Shown piece after piece: positions 58,608 through 64,000 of a DNA stretch of 64,000 nt. The stretch lies in NCBI RefSeq assembly GCF_006345805.1, contig NC_043002.1, positions 25,296,001-25,360,000 on the forward strand, written 5' to 3'. Position 1 is the first letter of the stretch. Each line of letters starts with the position of its first letter. Source of the stretch: Octopus sinensis. Taxonomy: Eukaryota. The position numbers and the translations under genes were made by a program. Below the pieces are notes generated by a model, which saw only the letters and a list, made by a program, of their open reading frames with translations, was not told the DNA's origin and searched no databases.

Positions 58608-58947
58608 GAACACAGAAAGAAACAATGAGAGTAAATAAAGAATGTATAATGACTAGCGATCAGCTAACCGACTGCTTGAAGCTTACAAATTCCCTACACT
58701 CAAATCCCTGTACTTTGCACCAATCTAACACACACAACCCACCTCCCCCCACAAAAATACTGGGGACGATTTTCTTTTTCGACTTTGGCTACAGTCCAAT
58801 GACTGAAAGAAGTAAAAGACGAAAGATTTATAGATATGTATACAGAAAATTTAAATGGCACCTTGGGCATGTTCGTCTGCTATAGTCCCGGGCCGACCAA
58901 AGCCTTGTGAGTGGATTTGGTAGACGGAAACTGAAAGACGCTCGTTG

Positions 58948-59001
<54 letters not shown>

Positions 59002-59601
59002 TATATGTTTGTCCCCCCCAACATCGCTTGACTATCGATGCTGGTGTGTTTACGTCCCCGTAAATTAGCGGTTCGGCAAAAGAGACCGATAGAATAAGTA
59101 CTAGGCTTACAAAGAATAAGTCCTGTGGTCGATTTGCTCGACTAAAAGCGGTGCTCCAGCATGGCCTTAGTTAACTGACTGAAACAAGTCATATATATAT
59201 GTATGTATAACGTATTTTTTCTTTGTTTTAGCCATTAGACTGTTGCCATGCAGGGACAAAGCCTTGAAGAATTTTTAATCGAATGAATCGATCCCAGTGC
59301 TTACTTTTTGTTAAGCCGAACCGCTAAGTTACGGGATGTAAACACCTCAACACTGGTTATCAAGCGGGCGGGCGGAGGGGTAGACACAGGCACAAAGACA
59401 CACACACACATATATAGATATACGCGACAGGTTTCTTTCAGTTTCCGCCTACCAAATCCACTGACAAGGCTCCGGTCGATCTGAGGCCATACAAGAAGGC
59501 AGTTGCCTATGGTGCCACGGAGTGGGATTGAATCCGAAACCATGTGGTTGTGAAGCAAGCTTCTTACCACACAGCGTCTCTCTTTCTCTATATATATATG
59601 G

Positions 59602-59633
<32 letters not shown>

Positions 59634-61599
59634 CGCAGTCTCTTTATATATATATATATATTAGTCATAGGCATATGTGTGTATGTATGTGTTTGTGGCT
59701 ACACCACCGCTTGACAACCGGTGTCGATTTGTTTACGATTTGTTTGCGGTTTGACAAAAGAGACCGATAGAATAAGTACCAGGTTTTAAAAAAAAGTAGT
59801 GGGGCCAATTCATTCGGACAAAGAACTCAAGGCGGTGCCCCAGCGTGGCCGTAGACTGAAACAAATAAAGATACTTGTATAAAAAAAATCTGTTCTTACA
59901 ATGTTTTAAAATTCGACATAAAAAGGTTTGTATGTGGAGGGAAGTAAAATGGAATATAAAACGGATATAAAAGTTATATATCTGAAATATATTCTTGAGT
60001 ATTAATTAATTACTCGTCCTAAATAAATAAAGAAAAAAAATATGCTGTAAATATCTATTGACTAATTTCCCTGTTTAAGCTGGAACCGGCAATATATTTG
60101 CTTACTCAGCAGTGAGAGATGTAGACAAATAAGCAAGCTACGACCTATTTTACATTCTTCACGCTAGTTTAAATTCCCCCCTTTTCCCCTCCTTATGTGT
60201 TTTGATTACTTTTCCTACTTCAGATTTTCTTTCTCTTTCATCTTCTGTTTATTTTCTTACTTTTCCTCTCTCTTTCACGTTTGCGCAATCTAACTTTTTC
60301 TTTCTGTCCTTCTTTCTCTAAGCTTCTACACTTTATTCATTCTACCTCATCTTAACCCTTTCACCTTCATAGCTACACTCTTCTCTTTATTCTTTTCTTT
60401 CTCATTTTTTTTTCTTAACTTTCAGTTCCCCTTTTCCGACTTCTGTTTCCCTAACATCCACTCCTTATATCCCAAATGACTTCTTAACGACACGTCTGCT
60501 CGAATAATTTAAAATGTTTTTTTTTCTTTTATATTCATTTTTTCCCCTGTTTCTTAAAGAACTTAGCGCTACAACATTCCTAAACCACTGTCATAATCCT
60601 GTAATGTATCCCTACTTCCCATCCATTCATATGATCATCTGGCACAGGATTTCCTTTAGTTCTATCACGATATCCTTACCCACAATTTACTGCTCAACTT
60701 CATTTACTTTTCCTGTTTCTATACTTGTTTTCTTTCTCTTCTCTTCAAAAACTCACTCTATCTCCATTTCTCTTCCCCTTCGATTCACTGTTTCTTCATC
60801 CAAGTTATCTAAATCCCTCTCTCTATCCCGGTTTCTTTCCGTGTCTCTTTTTATATCGCTTTCTTTCGGTCTTGTATTTGCTGTATTTTTCTTTTTTCCT
60901 CTTTCAATCCATCCATCCATCAAGCTCTCTATCGAATTCTTTCACTATGTATGTCTCTTTCTTTCATTCACTCTATTCCTTTCATATTCACATACATATC
61001 TATCTATATCTACACACACATATATATAATATATAAATATATATATAAATTATATATATCTAATATAATGTGACAATTATACATATATATAATGTATATA
61101 TATAAAATCTATAAAAATTATATATATATATATAAATGTATATATATAAATATATATGTATGTATATATACATATATATATATATACCTACACGGCCATA
61201 GTCATGAAGATTGAGCGAAGTTAAACTTTGTAATAATATATAAACTAAGCAAGATAAAGTATAGGAGCATGAGGCTGATTAAGAAAAAAATAAAACAAAA
61301 ATACGGTATGGAGACCCAACATGGTTATAATTAACAAGATTCTCTTTTCACCGTTTCCTTCTCCACCTCCTTCTTATTCTCTTCCTCAGTTGATGTTTCT
61401 CAGCGACATCGATGAACTTCCATAACGGAAGTATTGCAAAGCGCAAGTGCGTCTCACTCACTCGCTTTCTGACCAGTCTGGTTTATTTTGTTGCTTATTC
61501 ATTTATTTATATATTTATTTATTTATTTGATTGTTTGTTTACTTTTTAATCTAGTACTTTTTTCTCTTCTGCTTATTTTCTTGTTTTTTTTTTTTAACC

Positions 61600-61811
61600 T
61601 CCCCCTTTCGTTTCTCGGGGACGATTTTGATTGGTCAAATATTTAAATAAATAAATAAAATAAAAAACAAACCAAGCTAAGTCTTGCTCCGATTAGCTAC
61701 TTTGCTTAGAAATCAAGGCGGAGTTTCAAATCTTTGTAGCGGAGCGGCAGGTCCGGTGTTCGTTCGCATGGGGAGGCGGTGGTTGCTAGAACTATCGGAG
61801 TCACAACCAGG
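61600..61811 (+). promoter_or_regulatory. Putative promoter / 5' UTR of the GALNT2-like gene
   Basis: CpG-rich relative to the window. ATTGG (reverse CCAAT box) at 61630-61634 and GGCGG GC-box-like motifs near 61717 and 61775, directly upstream of the ATG. Confidence 0.45.
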
Positions 61812-61901
61812 ATGCGGAGGAGGTTTCACCTGCTGCTCGGCATCGGAATTATATGGCTGTTCGGAGTAGCTTATTATTTACTGAGAGAAATTAAAACTGA
61901 G
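61812..61901 (+). CDS. GALNT2: First coding exon of a type II Golgi membrane protein, GALNT2-like polypeptide GalNAc-transferase (MRRRFHLLLGIGIIWLFGVAYYLLREIKTE)
   Basis: ATG at 61812, 30 codons, strong donor GAG|gtaagc at 61902. Basic N-terminus plus signal anchor resembles the GALNT2 N-terminus as I recall it ([22 protein letters not shown]). The orthology call rests on 30 aa only. Confidence 0.7.
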
Positions 61902-63446
61902 GTAAGCTTGAGGTATTCTTTTTAAACCTTTATTTTTATTGTAATATATTAGAACAATTTTTCCTTTTTACCTCTCTTTATCCGGAAGTGATTTACCACC
62001 GATTCGAGTGGTGGTGATGGTTGTTAGAGGATATATTATTGTTGCTGTTAGTGGTCTTGTGGTGGGTGAACGTGCACGCGTGGGGGCGGATGGCTTTGAT
62101 TTCAAGCATGTTATATCGAGTTACCTCCCCTTTCGGTCTCGCATTGTTGTCAATTTCATTACAGTTACCATCACTACTGCGCTCGTGTTCGTGTTGTTGT
62201 CGTCACCTTAGTCATCATCATCATCATCATCATCATTGGCGCACTGTCATCACGTTCATTAAATAATTCCTTAATTACCACCATTATCAGTTTATTTCGC
62301 GCCATCACTATCCCCATGATCAAGTGTCGAGCAACGGCGGTAGATTGGCAAAATCATTAGAGCATCGGTATTTATTCCGGCTCTCATTTATATTCTGAGT
62401 TCAAATCCCGTCGAGGTCAACTTTACCTTTCGTTTCTCGACGAAGTACCAGTCAGTTACTAGTGTCGATACAATCGACAAAACCCCATTCTTCATAAATA
62501 TCTGGTCTTGTGCCTATGTTAGAAACGATTATTTAGAGTCGGACTGCTGATTCTGCGTCTCCGTTTCGGTTTACATTTAGATATATTTCACTTCTTGTGT
62601 GTCGCTAATTCCCTCTGGAATGAACGTCACAGATCTCATTCTATACACGCTTCTCTTTAATAAATATATAAATCCTTATATTGTGTTAGTAATCATTATT
62701 CTGAGCCGGTCTATATCCTTTAGTATATATTGCACTGAGTCCAACACACGTTGGGAGTGTCTGTCACTCCGACCGATGGGGCGATAAATGATATTATACC
62801 AAGATACTGAGGGATCGATTTAATTAAATTACTGGTTTTGTGCCCGTGGTCTAAAAAAGGGTTGTCTTTGTTGTCGTTATCATCATCATCATTATTATTG
62901 TTTCACCCCGGTCGCTGTCGTACTCCTGTGTTATTTTCTTTCAACAAGTTTCATTCATGTCTCGTGACATTAAGTGTCACAATTAAAATTGTGATGCTTA
63001 TTTTAGTTACAGAACTCTACCTAATTCTCTGATTGTATGAGTCTACCCCACCTTGATACACTGGGATTCCACATCTCGTTCTTCGAATGTCAGTCCTCAA
63101 GTTCGGTGTCTTTTTAAAGAGCATTAAAAGAACATTCTCGCCTTACGGCTTCGCCGATGATGCATACATCGGTTTGTTAACATAGTTCGTATGCATATGA
63201 GTGGAGTATATATTTATATTCATTCATATATGCTCACACACCACCCGTATATACACAATCGTTTATGTATGTTACCCTTATAAAGATTTTGTATTCTTGC
63301 ACGTATTCCAAACATTTATACATTGTGTCTTTTGAACGTATTTGTATGGAATAGACTAGTGTATTATATGCACTCATAAAAACCTTAAACATGCTAACAT
63401 GGTCCATGCCTTAGGTACTCTCATAGTACACAGTTTAATAATCGTG

Positions 63447-63499
<53 letters not shown>

Positions 63500-63744
63500 C
63501 ATACATATATACACTCACATACATGTGCTACCATGCATGTAGTCTCATGTCAAGGCTGTTATCTTGTATAGTGGTGTTGAAAGACCTTTATTACACATAC
63601 ATATGCATTTTAGTATTATACCTCGCTATTACACGGTCCGGTGTTTATCGGAGATTTCATAATGTACACTATACATATTTATACAGTCCGATTTGTGTAT
63701 TTATAATGATATCTGAAAGAATTCATTGCAGACGGCCATACTAT

Positions 63745-64000
63745 CTGTCTGTCTATCTATCTACCTATCTATCTGTCTGTCTGTCTGTCATCTATCTATC
63801 TGTCTGTCTGTCATCTATCTATCTATCTGTCATCTATCTATCTATCTGTCTGTCTGTCATCTATCTATCTATCTGTCTGTCATCTATCTATCTATCTATC
63901 TGTCATCTATCTATCTATCTGTCTGTCTGTCATCTATCTATCTGTCTGTCTGTCATCTATCTTTCTGTCTGTCATCTATCTATCTATCTGTCTGTCTGTC
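63745..64000. repeat. Compound (TCTA)/(TCTG)/TCA tetranucleotide microsatellite running to the window edge
   Basis: Read directly. Confidence 0.97.

Noticed and set aside
60514-61029. 171-aa Phe/Ser/Leu-rich ORF resembling a membrane protein
   Set aside because: A by-product of the pyrimidine-rich tract.

Overview
AT-rich, repeat-dense eukaryotic DNA. The SINE, LINE and MITE repertoire suggests an octopus or other coleoid cephalopod (inference). Two host genes are visible, and the ORF track shows neither as a whole. (1) A plus-strand NEMP/TMEM194-family nuclear envelope integral membrane protein gene. I reconstructed seven phase-consistent GT-AG coding exons (4038-4165, 6492-6693, 14619-14691, 15915-16008, 17975-18315, 32317-32478, 40621-40777; about 385 aa). 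The first coding exon was not found. A diverged tandem copy of the last exon lies 183 bp upstream and carries one in-frame TAA. (2) A 30-codon first coding exon (61812-61901) of a GALNT2-like type II Golgi glycosyltransferase, in a CpG-rich promoter-like region; the rest of that gene lies outside the window. The remainder is RTE LINEs (with a PHD finger inside the reverse transcriptase and hairpin arrays in the 3' UTR), CR1-like LINE ends, pogo/Tigger and hAT-like fossils, MITEs, tRNA-derived SINEs, Penelope-like fragments with minimal hammerhead motifs, several fold-back palindromes and many microsatellites. Repeat boundaries are approximate and were read by eye. No CRISPR array, rRNA or true tRNA gene was seen.
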